In this document: positions 30,329 through 40,078 of the stretch, one piece after another
How positions within the stretch are numbered: position 1 is the first letter of the stretch
Layout: each line of letters starts with the position of its first letter
NCBI GenBank assembly: GCA_963663545.1
Contig: OY760505.1
Location: 1,472,001-1,536,000 of the forward strand
Length of the DNA stretch: 64,000 nt
Direction of reading: 5' to 3'
DNA from: Candidatus Delongbacteria bacterium
GTDB taxonomy: Bacteria > CAIWAD01
Position numbers and translations under genes: made by a program
Notes under the pieces: generated by a model
The model's database searches: none
What the model saw: the letters and a program-made list of their open reading frames with translations, nothing else
Told to the model about the DNA's origin: nothing

Positions 30329-32557
30329 TCAAAACTCCACATCAATGAACAAGGGCCGAATTCTGCATCCCGTGGTATCAAGCACAGCCGGGTCGAAGTT
30401 CACGCGTACCGTATCAGCAAGTTCACTGCGACCATCGTCCCGGTTACAAAACCCCCATGTGAAAAGCAGCATCAGATCGTGCAGCAGATCAAGGTCCTCC
30501 TGGGGCATGCCCACACCCTCTGGATTCAGATAAACATCCATCAGCCCACCATCGGGGGCGAGGATCACCCGGGCATCAAGATGCTGGTCGCCCGGGTTGC
30601 CCACGGCCAATCCGTATTCCTTGATCAAGAGGGCGATATCGGGCAAGGCTTCCACGTAGCTACTGCCTTCAGGAATCTGCAACGCGAGCAGTGTTTCTAC
30701 GAAATACTCCGGCCCAAGGTGCTCCTTGCGCGCTTTCTGCTTCCCCTTTTGGTCAAAGCGAAGATGCTGCACCAACAAATAGCAATAGCCAGCCGGTAAG
30801 GAAGCGTCCCCACTGAGATCCTGCTCAAGCTTCTCCACAATAGATAAAGCATGTCGCCCGAATTCGTATTCTTCAGGCGACTCCCACAGAGTTTCGCCGT
30901 GACTGATATGCCCGTCGGCATGGAGGCGGTACGACACAATTGTCTCACCCTCCCAGTGGAAGCGACGCGCGCGCATGGGGAAGGACATTCGCTTCAACAG
31001 AGTTTTCACATCCGAAATCAATCCTGGTCTGGGAGCCTGGGCGAGCAAAGTATCGAGGCCGCCGCCAAGCTCGGATTCACCCAAATACCACTTGCGGCCC
31101 TGGGTCTGCTCAGGCGTGAAACTCAAACGTTGAAGGATGCGCGATGGGACAATGTGCTCCTCCACGAAGCCCGGCGTGAAGCTCATTCCGTGAATCACTT
31201 CAAGAGCGTTGGATTCAAGCCCCATGCTCTGCGGAATGACCGAGAGCACCGTTGCCTCCTCAAATCCACCGCGCGGATCAAGATCTACCGCCACTACGGC
31301 CTGACCGGACACACCGAGGCTCTTGCCGCGGAAAAAGCTTCCGATCAATTGTCGCATGCGCGTCGCCGACTCGGAGCTCCGCGGAGGCGTGTCAATGACG
31401 CTATACAAGTACCGTGGCCCCTTGTCTACCAGCGAATCAGCGTAAACGGCAAGCGTGTCCAGTTCTTCGGCGTCCGCCAGCAGTACCAACTCGGCCTCGG
31501 AAGCGATAGGCGCATCCACACCAAACAAATCATGCTCCAGGCGCCAAGGAAGCTCCACCTCTCCCGGCACCCAGGCCGCCAGTAGTCCCCATGATCCCGC
31601 CATTACAACCTGATTACCGCGCTTAATGGCCGAGGTTAAAGACGTATAGCGATCCAGACGAACAACCGGAGCCTCCTGCTCAAGGCCACCTGCCTCGGAA
31701 AGCCAGCAAACACGACCAGCACTTCCACCCAGGAGCCAACCCGACTCTCCCGGTGTATCACAGGGAATCACAAAATGGCCATCGCCCCATGGCGATTTCG
31801 CCACCGGACGCCAGTGATCCGCTTCCCACATTTCTATTTCGCCATCGCTTGTCAAGAGACAGACACGTCCATTGTCAATGGCAAGGTCTTCAATCGGAGT
31901 GCGATTCTTACGCAGCAGCACTTGCCACTCGGATCCCTGGTTGTGTGACACAAATACAAATCCACCGCTTCCCGCGATGTAACACGTATCGCCCGTGATT
32001 GCGGCACAGTGATACCGCATGGGAAGGGGGGCTTCAAGGAGCTCCCAACTCGCACCGTGGTCAACGCTGCGAGCCAGCAACCCTTCTCCGCCGCATAGCA
32101 ACCCGTAGGATTCCCCGAAGACGAGATCCTCAATGGAGGACGGACGCCCTACCTGGAGCTGTACCAAGCTATCTGCCTGAACACGGAATACATACCCGGA
32201 GTCACTTCCACACAAGATGCGCTTGTTGGTGAGGGCGATGCAGTTCATCGGCAAAGCCCATTTACTCCGAATCTTGTGCCAGCTTGTATCACAATCAGAC
32301 CACGCTACCAGGCCTGAATCTCCACAGGCCCAGAGCCGCGGGCTATCCAAGACCAGTCCATTAATCTGCAGTCCACCCACCGGCGGCAGTACATTGTCCA
32401 AGGTGATTGGCGGAAGCTCAACAACCATGCTATCGGCAGCTGTACTGTCTGACGGGCTTGGTGCATCCTCGCCAGGATCCGACCAACAGGGAAGTGTCAC
32501 TGCAACCACAAGAACGAGCAGCAACCAACCGTGTATTCGATTTGTGATTTTGTGCAT
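30329..32557 (-). CDS. YCF48-like beta-propeller fused to TonB C-terminal-like domains
   Basis: Signal peptide; CGDSG/CGGEG..S.D.G.SW repeats; GQAVVAVDLDPRG...FTPG and FP..ARRF.WEGETIVSY TonB_C-like segments. Confidence 0.65.
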   Translation of the reverse strand: MHKITNRIHGWLLLVLVVAVTLPCWSDPGEDAPSPSDSTAADSMVVELPPITLDNVLPPVGGLQINGLVLDSPRLWACGDSGLVAWSDCDTSWHKIRSKWALPMNCIALTNKRILCGSDSGYVFRVQADSLVQLQVGRPSSIEDLVFGESYGLLCGGEGLLARSVDHGASWELLEAPLPMRYHCAAITGDTCYIAGSGGFVFVSHNQGSEWQVLLRKNRTPIEDLAIDNGRVCLLTSDGEIEMWEADHWRPVAKSPWGDGHFVIPCDTPGESGWLLGGSAGRVCWLSEAGGLEQEAPVVRLDRYTSLTSAIKRGNQVVMAGSWGLLAAWVPGEVELPWRLEHDLFGVDAPIASEAELVLLADAEELDTLAVYADSLVDKGPRYLYSVIDTPPRSSESATRMRQLIGSFFRGKSLGVSGQAVVAVDLDPRGGFEEATVLSVIPQSMGLESNALEVIHGMSFTPGFVEEHIVPSRILQRLSFTPEQTQGRKWYLGESELGGGLDTLLAQAPRPGLISDVKTLLKRMSFPMRARRFHWEGETIVSYRLHADGHISHGETLWESPEEYEFGRHALSIVEKLEQDLSGDASLPAGYCYLLVQHLRFDQKGKQKARKEHLGPEYFVETLLALQIPEGSSYVEALPDIALLIKEYGLAVGNPGDQHLDARVILAPDGGLMDVYLNPEGVGMPQEDLDLLHDLMLLFTWGFCNRDDGRSELADTVRVNFDPAVLDTTGCRIRPLFIDVEF

Positions 32558-32562
32558 TGTTC

Positions 32563-33852
32563 TCAGAAAACTTGCCCCTGTGATACGTGGAAAACCGCGC
32601 CCTTGCCAGGAGTCCAGGCGAGGTCCAAACTCACCACCTGCACAAAGGGCGCAAACACGCGCAACCCGATACCGAAACCACCGGCGGAAAGGGTACGGCC
32701 ACTGTATGTATCACGCCAAATCGTACCACCATCAGCGAAAAGGACAATACCCAAACCGACATCGATATGGTTAAAGTATACGCGCCGCTCAACAAAAGGG
32801 AAACGCAGCTCCAGGCTTCCATGAGCTAGGCTTTTACCGGACCAGTCGCCGGAAGCACCTGCGCGGACACTCTCCTTTCCGCCAAGGTAACGCATCTGAT
32901 ACTCAGCGGTGCGGCCGTAGGTGCAAGCTGAAGCCAGTCGCCCTGCAAACACCAGATCCGGCAAACGTGGTAAGGTCCGGTAGGTGGCCAAGCTAGCGCC
33001 TGCACTGACACCTTCCGGTTGATGCGCGCCACCACCGCTAAAACCACCAAACGCAAATTCACAATTCGCACCGCGATGCGGATCGGCGTAATAATCCGTT
33101 GTATTACAGATCAATGAAAACCCGCCACTGCCATAGACATCCAGTCCACTCGGGTTGACCGTACGCCGCTCTATTGTGTCATCGTCAGTGATACGAACCT
33201 CACGCCAGGACACGACCGCGCGTGTCTTTCGTGTTCGCGTGATACGGTGTTCGTGTTCGATTTTAACAAGATGCGTCAGGTAGGAGTAGCTATCGTCATC
33301 ACTGTCCTGCTCCTTGCGCTGGAGCTCGAAATAGACAGGATCAGGCCTTCCACCAAACCACGGATCACGGTAGATGAGGCTGTAACTGTCAACATCACCC
33401 GTTACGGCTTCAATGAAGAGCTGCCTCCCCATGCCGCCCAGGTTGACATGAAGCATCCCCGCACCATAGCTCGTGCTAAGATTGTCGCCGAAATCCAGCA
33501 CAGGATAAACCATGTATCGCGGACGTTCGCTGACTGCGTAGCTGATGTCAACTTCGTGATGCACACTGTCAGGTGATACAGAGACGACCATTCGCGCAAA
33601 GAGCTCGGTGTTCTTGACGTGGTTCGCATCCTCAGCAAGCAGGCTGTCCGAGTATGCCGATCCCTCGCGCAACTCCAACTCGCGAAGGATCACGTCCGGC
33701 TTGGTGTGTCTAAGACCGATTGTTGCAATACGTGATACACGCCAACCCGTCCAATCCATTGCAGCGAGACTGTCCGAACCGGCACCAGACGCGGTCGCGC
33801 CGTGCGCAAAAAGGGGGAGAAATAGCAGCCAGAGAAGGCTACACGTCTTCAC
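32563..33852 (-). CDS. Omp85 (BamA/TamA-like) outer-membrane protein with one POTRA domain
   Basis: GLRHTKPDVILREL POTRA, NLGGMG, YLGG..SVR, GFGIGLR, terminal F. Confidence 0.8.
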   Translation of the reverse strand: MKTCSLLWLLFLPLFAHGATASGAGSDSLAAMDWTGWRVSRIATIGLRHTKPDVILRELELREGSAYSDSLLAEDANHVKNTELFARMVVSVSPDSVHHEVDISYAVSERPRYMVYPVLDFGDNLSTSYGAGMLHVNLGGMGRQLFIEAVTGDVDSYSLIYRDPWFGGRPDPVYFELQRKEQDSDDDSYSYLTHLVKIEHEHRITRTRKTRAVVSWREVRITDDDTIERRTVNPSGLDVYGSGGFSLICNTTDYYADPHRGANCEFAFGGFSGGGAHQPEGVSAGASLATYRTLPRLPDLVFAGRLASACTYGRTAEYQMRYLGGKESVRAGASGDWSGKSLAHGSLELRFPFVERRVYFNHIDVGLGIVLFADGGTIWRDTYSGRTLSAGGFGIGLRVFAPFVQVVSLDLAWTPGKGAVFHVSQGQVF

Positions 33853-33853
33853 A

Positions 33854-34681
33854 TCAGCACCTGCGCAACACTTCCACAACAAGCGTCCGGAACACGCCAC
33901 GTGCTCTTTCCGCTACTTCGGTGACTTCGCTGTGATCCAACTGCTGGGCTGAAATTCCGGCAGCGTAGTTTGTAACACAACTGATCGGAACGGCGCACAA
34001 GCCGATATGACGTGCAGCAATCAGCTCCGGAATTGTGCTCATACCGACGATGTCTGCACCGATCCTGCCAAGCGTTCGGATCTCGGCAGGCGTTTCGTAG
34101 CTGGGACCCGTGACTCCACCCATTACCCCAACACGTAATGGAGTGGCCAGGTCACGAGCTGCATCCCGCACAATGGATGCCATTTCAGAACAAACAGAGG
34201 CAGACATATCAGGGAAACGAGGGCCCATTTCTGGATCGTTGGGACCGCGCAGCGGATTACGAAACATGAGATTGATCTGATCCTCGACGAGCACCAGATC
34301 ACCTGGGTGATACAAACGATTGATTGATCCGACAGCGTTTGTAAGTAACAGGTGTGTCACTCCCAACGCGGCCATCAACCGAACGGGGAACACGACCTGC
34401 TCCTGACTGTAGCCCTCATAGCCGTGTACTCGACCCTTAAGCGCCAACACAGGAACACCATCCAGCTCCCCCGCCACCAGACGCCCGGCATGGCCAACAA
34501 CTGTCGAAGGTGGAAATCCCGGGATCTCTTCAGTAGCGACATCCCGGGCCGAAGTCATTCCATCCACCAGCACACCAAGACCGCTGCCAAGCACAATTCC
34601 ACGCTGCGGGATTTCGCCCAGTCGATCGCGCACCCACTTAGCAGCCTGTGTCACATTCTCCGGAAGACGTACCGAGGTCAT
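33854..34681 (-). CDS. punA: Purine-nucleoside phosphorylase
   Basis: IVLGSGLG, GHAG, GRVHGYEG, GPSYETPAE, GMSTIPE, TNYAAG. Confidence 0.95.
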   Translation of the reverse strand: MTSVRLPENVTQAAKWVRDRLGEIPQRGIVLGSGLGVLVDGMTSARDVATEEIPGFPPSTVVGHAGRLVAGELDGVPVLALKGRVHGYEGYSQEQVVFPVRLMAALGVTHLLLTNAVGSINRLYHPGDLVLVEDQINLMFRNPLRGPNDPEMGPRFPDMSASVCSEMASIVRDAARDLATPLRVGVMGGVTGPSYETPAEIRTLGRIGADIVGMSTIPELIAARHIGLCAVPISCVTNYAAGISAQQLDHSEVTEVAERARGVFRTLVVEVLRRC

Positions 34682-34693
34682 TCCTACTCCGTG

Positions 34694-35995
34694 TTACAAA
34701 ACAAGGCCAGCAACGCAGGCTGTCAACCAACTGGCAATGGCACCACCGAACATGGCCTTGAGGCCTAGACGGGCCAGATCGCCTCGTCGCTCGGGAGCCA
34801 GAGCAGAGATTCCACCGATCTGGATACCGATGGAGCTGAAATTGGCGAAGCCGCAGAGGGCGTAGGTAGCAATGATCTGAGCGCGCTCAGAAATCACGCC
34901 ATTGTGGATATACTCAGCCAGCGTCGCGTAGCCGACGAACTCGTTCACTGCCAACTTGATTCCCAACAGATTTCCTACGTGCGTGGCATCATGCAGCGGC
35001 ACACCCATAATGAAGGCCAACGGGGACAACAGCGTGCCAAACAAGGTGCGCAGACTACCCGGGAACCACCCTGCGTACTCACCCGATTCCTGTAACACGC
35101 CACCCAGCATTTTGCCGTCGATCAGGTGATCCACGCCACCAAGCACCCAGTCCACCATGGCAATCAACGCAATGAAGGAAACCAGCATGGCGCCGACGTT
35201 TACAGCCAGCTTGAGACCATCTGTGGTTCCGCGCGCAGCCGCATCCACCAGATTGTCACCGGAATCGATGTCCGGCAGTTCAATAACGCCTGCCGTAGCC
35301 GACTTTTCGGTTTCGGGATAAATGATCTTACCCACAACCAGCGCGGCCGGAGCAGACATCACTGAAGCCACAACCAGGTGTCCAGCACTGACGCCCATGC
35401 CGATGTAACCCGCCAGCACACCGCCAGCAACTGTAGCAAAGCCGCCAACCATCACGGTAAGCAACTCACTATTGGTCATTTTGGAAAGGAAGGGCTTAAT
35501 CAACAGCGGGGCTTCTGTCTGGCCGACAAAGATATTGGCCGAGACGGAAAGCGTCTCAGATCCGCTGGTACCCAAGGCTTTCTGCATCACGCGGGCAAGG
35601 AATTTGATGACGTGCTGCATCACGCCAGCGTAATACATGATGGACATGAAAGCCGAAAAGAAAATGATGGTAGGCAGCACCTTGAAGGCAAACTGGTAGC
35701 CAAATCCTGGCCAGAACTTACCATCAGTGAAGTAGTGGGCAGGGTCGGCAAGATTGCCAAAGAGAAAGCTGGCACCTTTGTCCGACAGGGACAGGAAAGA
35801 GGCAACGAAGTCGGCAAACCATCGGAAAGCAATTTTCCCGGGTTCCCAGTACAGCAACAGAAAACCCAGCACAAGCTGGATGCTGATACCCACGACGACG
35901 GTGCGAACATTGATCTTGCGCTTGTTGTTGGACATGAGGAAGGCAATACCCAGCAGTACAAGCATGCCAACCAGGCTCATCAATCTTTCCATCAC
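34694..35995 (-). CDS. nupC: Concentrative nucleoside transporter (CNT/NupC family)
   Basis: FVGQTEAPL, GFATVAGG, NEFVGY, YALCGFANFSSIGIQIGG. Confidence 0.95.
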   Translation of the reverse strand: MMERLMSLVGMLVLLGIAFLMSNNKRKINVRTVVVGISIQLVLGFLLLYWEPGKIAFRWFADFVASFLSLSDKGASFLFGNLADPAHYFTDGKFWPGFGYQFAFKVLPTIIFFSAFMSIMYYAGVMQHVIKFLARVMQKALGTSGSETLSVSANIFVGQTEAPLLIKPFLSKMTNSELLTVMVGGFATVAGGVLAGYIGMGVSAGHLVVASVMSAPAALVVGKIIYPETEKSATAGVIELPDIDSGDNLVDAAARGTTDGLKLAVNVGAMLVSFIALIAMVDWVLGGVDHLIDGKMLGGVLQESGEYAGWFPGSLRTLFGTLLSPLAFIMGVPLHDATHVGNLLGIKLAVNEFVGYATLAEYIHNGVISERAQIIATYALCGFANFSSIGIQIGGISALAPERRGDLARLGLKAMFGGAIASWLTACVAGLVL

Positions 35996-36622
35996 TTACC
36001 TCTGGCTTTGCTCTGAAGGTGATTCAGTTCTCTGTGACACAAACAGACCTAGTTGTTCTTCGCGGGGAACCACGAAGCAACTACGGCAGCGCGCCTCGTA
36101 CACATCGCGGGCGCCAAGCAGCACCTGCTCGTCATCCAGTGTGAGACGCTGGGAGAAATTAGCTGGCTGGCCGCAGACGACACAGATGGCCATATTTTTA
36201 GTGACAAACTCAGCTACCGCCATCAAATCAGGCATGGGGGGAAAGGGTTTGCCACGAAAATCTTTATCTAACCCGGCAACAATCACACGCCGCCCCTCAC
36301 GGGCCAGCTTCTCGCATACGGCCACGATACCAGCATCAAAAAACTGCACTTCGTCAATGGCAACAACATTCTCGTCGCCCAGCCGCTTCAGAATGGCATC
36401 GGATGACTTGACCGTGACACAGGGGATGCTCTGATCGTTGTGTGATACAACTTCGGTCTTGCTGTAGCGTGTATCGACTGTTGGCTTGAATACGATGACT
36501 TCTTTCCGGGCGATGCGCGCCAGTCGCAGTCGACGGATCAACTCCTCCGTCTTGCCGGAATACATGGAACCGCAAATGACTTCAATCCAGCCGTTGCCCG
36601 GGTGCATGATGCTTGCTGGCAT
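35996..36622 (-). CDS. tdk: Thymidine kinase
   Basis: GSMYSGKTEEL, IDEVQF, GLDKDF, CVVC, YEARCRSC. Confidence 0.96.
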   Translation of the reverse strand: MPASIMHPGNGWIEVICGSMYSGKTEELIRRLRLARIARKEVIVFKPTVDTRYSKTEVVSHNDQSIPCVTVKSSDAILKRLGDENVVAIDEVQFFDAGIVAVCEKLAREGRRVIVAGLDKDFRGKPFPPMPDLMAVAEFVTKNMAICVVCGQPANFSQRLTLDDEQVLLGARDVYEARCRSCFVVPREEQLGLFVSQRTESPSEQSQR

Positions 36623-36630
36623 GGGCCTCC

Positions 36631-37275
36631 TCAAGCCTTGTCCAGGCTGCGAAGCAGCGAGGCAATCTTGGTCTGCAACAAATCGACGGCCACCAGATTG
36701 CGACCGCCTTGGGGAATGATGATGTCCGCGAAACGCTTTGTTGGCTCGATGAACTGCATGTGCATCGGTCGCACCACCTGCTCATACTGGTCGATGACGC
36801 TGTCCAGACTGCGGCCGCGCTCCTTTACGTCACGGCGCAAACGACGAATAAAGCGCACGTCACTGTCCGTGTCGACAAAAACCATGATATCCATCATGTC
36901 GCGCAGTTCGGGCGAGTGTAACACAAGAATGCCTTCGAGAATCACAACCAAGTGGTTCTCTAGTAACACGCACTTGTCTTTGCTGCGTGCATGTTCCACA
37001 TAGTCGTAAACAGGCATCTCGATGGATTCACCGCGAAGAAGACACGCCATGTGTTCCAACAGGAGTTCGTGATCGAATGCGTCGGGGTGATCGTAGTTGA
37101 CGCGTTTGCGCTCGTCCAGACTTAGCTCCCAGTTGGCGCGATAGTAGCTATCCTGCTCCACCACAACCACACGGTCACTACCCAGGCGCTCAACCAGTGT
37201 GCGTGCCACAAGGGTTTTACCGGATCCCGATCCGCCCGCAATTCCTATCAGGATTGGTTTGACGCTTTTGCTCAT
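36631..37275 (-). CDS. udk: Uridine kinase
   Basis: GIAGGSGSGKT, NYDHPDAFD, RRLRRD..ERGR, ADIIIP. Confidence 0.96.
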   Translation of the reverse strand: MSKSVKPILIGIAGGSGSGKTLVARTLVERLGSDRVVVVEQDSYYRANWELSLDERKRVNYDHPDAFDHELLLEHMACLLRGESIEMPVYDYVEHARSKDKCVLLENHLVVILEGILVLHSPELRDMMDIMVFVDTDSDVRFIRRLRRDVKERGRSLDSVIDQYEQVVRPMHMQFIEPTKRFADIIIPQGGRNLVAVDLLQTKIASLLRSLDKA

Positions 37276-37676
37276 CGCTTTTCCAGGTACTCCGGGCTGA
37301 ATCCATAGGGCAGGAGTCCCCCAATCGTCTCTTCGCGTACTTCCTGGCCGTTGCCCATGACGACCAGCAATTCAGGCGCATAGTCGTACAGGAGCTGTCG
37401 ACAAGCACCACAGGGTGGAACCGCAGACGGCCCTTCGGCGACAACGGCTATTGTATCAAACTCACTCTCGCCTGCTGCAAGGGCAGTGAAGAGCGCAACT
37501 CGTTCGGCACAGCACGACAGGCCGTATGAGCTGGACTCTACATTGCTTCCCGTAAATACCCGACCCGACTTCGTGTGTAGCGCCGCGCCCACGGCGAACT
37601 TGCTATAGCGACAATTCGCGCGTTCGCGGGCTTCCCAGGCCGCTTCAAGCAGAACCTTGTGATCAGCTGTAGACAT
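37272..37676 (-). CDS. cdd: Cytidine deaminase
   Basis: YSKFAVGAAL, CAERVAL, PCGACRQ. Confidence 0.95.
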   Translation of the reverse strand: MSTADHKVLLEAAWEARERANCRYSKFAVGAALHTKSGRVFTGSNVESSSYGLSCCAERVALFTALAAGESEFDTIAVVAEGPSAVPPCGACRQLLYDYAPELLVVMGNGQEVREETIGGLLPYGFSPEYLEKR

Positions 37677-37835
37677 CGCACTTCTCCAGGAGAGCTACCG
37701 GCACCCAGACAGTCTGAATGCGAGTACACGCAGTGTTTCCGGACCCGCAGGGCAATAGACCGACAAGCACCCAGCTCCTCTGGAATGCCGATCAATGGCC
37801 ACTCCGGCGTTTACCCGGAACCCAAGAGTGTAACA
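37677..37835 (-). promoter_or_regulatory. Extended -10 promoter and structured 5' leader of the cdd operon
   Basis: TGTTACACT at 37835-37827; long-range stem 37773-37784 with 37685-37696 overlaps the GGAG SD. Confidence 0.4.
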
Positions 37836-37848
37836 AATGGCGAGGGGG

Positions 37849-38394
37849 CTATTCCTCAGCTTCGGCAAAGACCTGGGCTTCAAAGACGCGAAAAGCGCAC
37901 TCCGGGCCCGTCCAGGCATCTGCGGGTAGACCTGCTTTGCGACACAAATGATGAAGCATCTGTTCGCGCGTCCAGCCCTGCTCCGGAGCTACTTGCGGCA
38001 GAAAGACCGCACTCCGTCCGCGCAAGGAAAGTATCACGCCGTGACGTCCTATTTCGATTCTGTGGAAGCTCTCCACATCTTGGGGTTCGCTCAGCACACT
38101 GATCTCAACTGTGCACTGTTCCCACTCATCAGGCTTAATACCGGGAAAACGCGGATCATCAAAAGCGGCTGCAATTGCCATACGCTGCAGTGTTCGCCCC
38201 AGGGGTAACGCGGCCTCAATCATACCGATGCAGCCCCGCAAATATCCAGCCTTCTGCAGTGTCACAAAAGCGCCACAGGGATTGGCAAAAACGCCCTCAG
38301 CGGGAACGTCCGGCGGATCCTGCTGGTGCAGCGCACTGGTGATGAGTTGCCGCACGTAGGTAAGGGCACGACGCTGCTCTTCGTGATTCAACAT
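37849..38394 (-). CDS. amrA: AMMECR1-domain (AmmeMemoRadiSam protein A)
   Basis: GAFVTL...LRGCIG, AAFDDPRF, EISVLS, FLPQVA, LCRKAGL. Confidence 0.93.
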   Translation of the reverse strand: MLNHEEQRRALTYVRQLITSALHQQDPPDVPAEGVFANPCGAFVTLQKAGYLRGCIGMIEAALPLGRTLQRMAIAAAFDDPRFPGIKPDEWEQCTVEISVLSEPQDVESFHRIEIGRHGVILSLRGRSAVFLPQVAPEQGWTREQMLHHLCRKAGLPADAWTGPECAFRVFEAQVFAEAEE

Positions 38395-38405
38395 GAAGCC
38401 GCTCC

Positions 38406-39863
38406 TTATGGATTCCAACGTCCGTCTATGGATGACACGGCCTCAGGGTTCTGACGCAAAGCTTGTATCACAATATCCCGATCAATCCGGCCACTGTGTA
38501 TCACGGAATGCTCGCGCGCCTGCAACCAGGGAAAGGCCGACACCTTGCTCCATACGTAGTCGGAAATGGCAACCCTATAGAGCTGGTCTTCTTTCATTGC
38601 CCCTTCCGGCAGGTCGAAGCCGACAAGTGCGTGATCATCATTAAATCGAGCTCGCATACCGTCAAACTGCAGAAACTCGAACTCACCACGTAGGATGGCT
38701 TGGTAAGTTTCCAGCAGTTCACTTCCGCTCAACTCCACCAACAGCATCTCATTGCCGAAGGGCGCAATCTCCCAAGCATCCCGCAGCGTTATTGGACCCG
38801 CCATCAGGTCTTTGCGAATGCCTCCCGAATTCCATAAAGCAAGGTCGGTGTTCAATTGATTGCGGACTTGCGCGGTCAGCCAATTGCCAATGTTGGACTC
38901 ACCAGCGAAAACGCGCACCCAGTCTGAATGCAGCGTCCCGATTTGTTCGCCAAGAAGCTCCTCTACACGCATTTCCTGCCGTGATACAAACGCCGCCATT
39001 TCCGCATTAGGTTCGGCCAATGATGTCTCTAGCGGCAACAATCCACCACGGAATTCCACCAAACCAATTCCTGGCTCAACAATAAGTGTATCAACGCCCA
39101 CGTGATACAATTGTGCACCCGTCTGCACGATCCATGTTTGTGCCACCTGCGCCGGTGGATGTATCACGGTATGCGAATGTCCGCCAATGATCAGATCAAA
39201 ACCGGGCGTTGTTGCCGCCAACAGCGAATCGGCAAACCAACCACGATGCGAAAGGGCAATGCGCAGATCGGCCTGACCGTCCGTCTCCTCTAACCACTGT
39301 GCCGCCACTTCAAAGGAGTTCATGACATGCACGCCGTGAGTGGCAGCATCGCTGCATAGGCCGTGCAAATCGTCGGGAACCAGCCCCAGCACCAGAATCT
39401 CGACCCCCTCGCGCTGCATGTGCATTTCGCGCTGGAAGGGAAAGCCACCATCATCACGCTGAAGGTTGGCCGCCAGCAGCGGTAGTCCGCTCGCTTTCGC
39501 CAAGCTATCCAGGCGGGTAAACCCGTAGTCGAATTCGTGATTGCCCACACAGATGGCATCCGGTGCGAGCCGTCTCATGACCTCAATGCAACCTTCACCG
39601 CGCGTCAAGGTGCTGATAGGCGTGCCCTGAAAAAAATCTCCAGCGTCCAGGTAGAGCACGGCATCCTCGTGCTGTGTGCGCATTTCGACCAGCAGACCGT
39701 CAAGAACCGGTGCCCCGCCCAATTCGAGGCGACCTTCTCCATAACGCGCCTGGCGCGGCGCAAACCAACTGTGTATGTCATTTGTGTGCACAAGATAAAT
39801 CGCCCGTGGTGTGGCCAGAACCTGTGTCGCCAGCAGGAATAAGCTCAGGATTGAAACCCGCAT
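38406..39863 (-). CDS. Periplasmic 5'-nucleotidase / UshA-family metallophosphoesterase
   Basis: Signal peptide; HTNDIH, DAGD, GNHEFD, GGHSH, NSGGIR, PFGN. Confidence 0.92.
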   Translation of the reverse strand: MRVSILSLFLLATQVLATPRAIYLVHTNDIHSWFAPRQARYGEGRLELGGAPVLDGLLVEMRTQHEDAVLYLDAGDFFQGTPISTLTRGEGCIEVMRRLAPDAICVGNHEFDYGFTRLDSLAKASGLPLLAANLQRDDGGFPFQREMHMQREGVEILVLGLVPDDLHGLCSDAATHGVHVMNSFEVAAQWLEETDGQADLRIALSHRGWFADSLLAATTPGFDLIIGGHSHTVIHPPAQVAQTWIVQTGAQLYHVGVDTLIVEPGIGLVEFRGGLLPLETSLAEPNAEMAAFVSRQEMRVEELLGEQIGTLHSDWVRVFAGESNIGNWLTAQVRNQLNTDLALWNSGGIRKDLMAGPITLRDAWEIAPFGNEMLLVELSGSELLETYQAILRGEFEFLQFDGMRARFNDDHALVGFDLPEGAMKEDQLYRVAISDYVWSKVSAFPWLQAREHSVIHSGRIDRDIVIQALRQNPEAVSSIDGRWNP

Positions 39864-40078
39864 GATCGTCTCCCGTCGGTGTTTGCTTCGCTGGAATGTA
39901 AGATTCCCGGGAACCTTAACACGGCTTCCGAGTAGACAGCCAGCACGACGACGGGTAGCCGCCGTCCGAACCAGCCCACCTCACTCGCCGCTCCGCGGCA
40001 TCCCATCGATTCAATGTGACAAGCAGTCGGGTCGCTTCCCCTAGAAGGGATCCGACTACCATTCCAAGGAGTACTAAA

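Noticed and set aside
37677..37848. tRNA-Sec, SRP, 6S or RNase P RNA
   Set aside because: No UCA anticodon arm, SRP loop or RNase P conserved segments; kept only as a leader candidate
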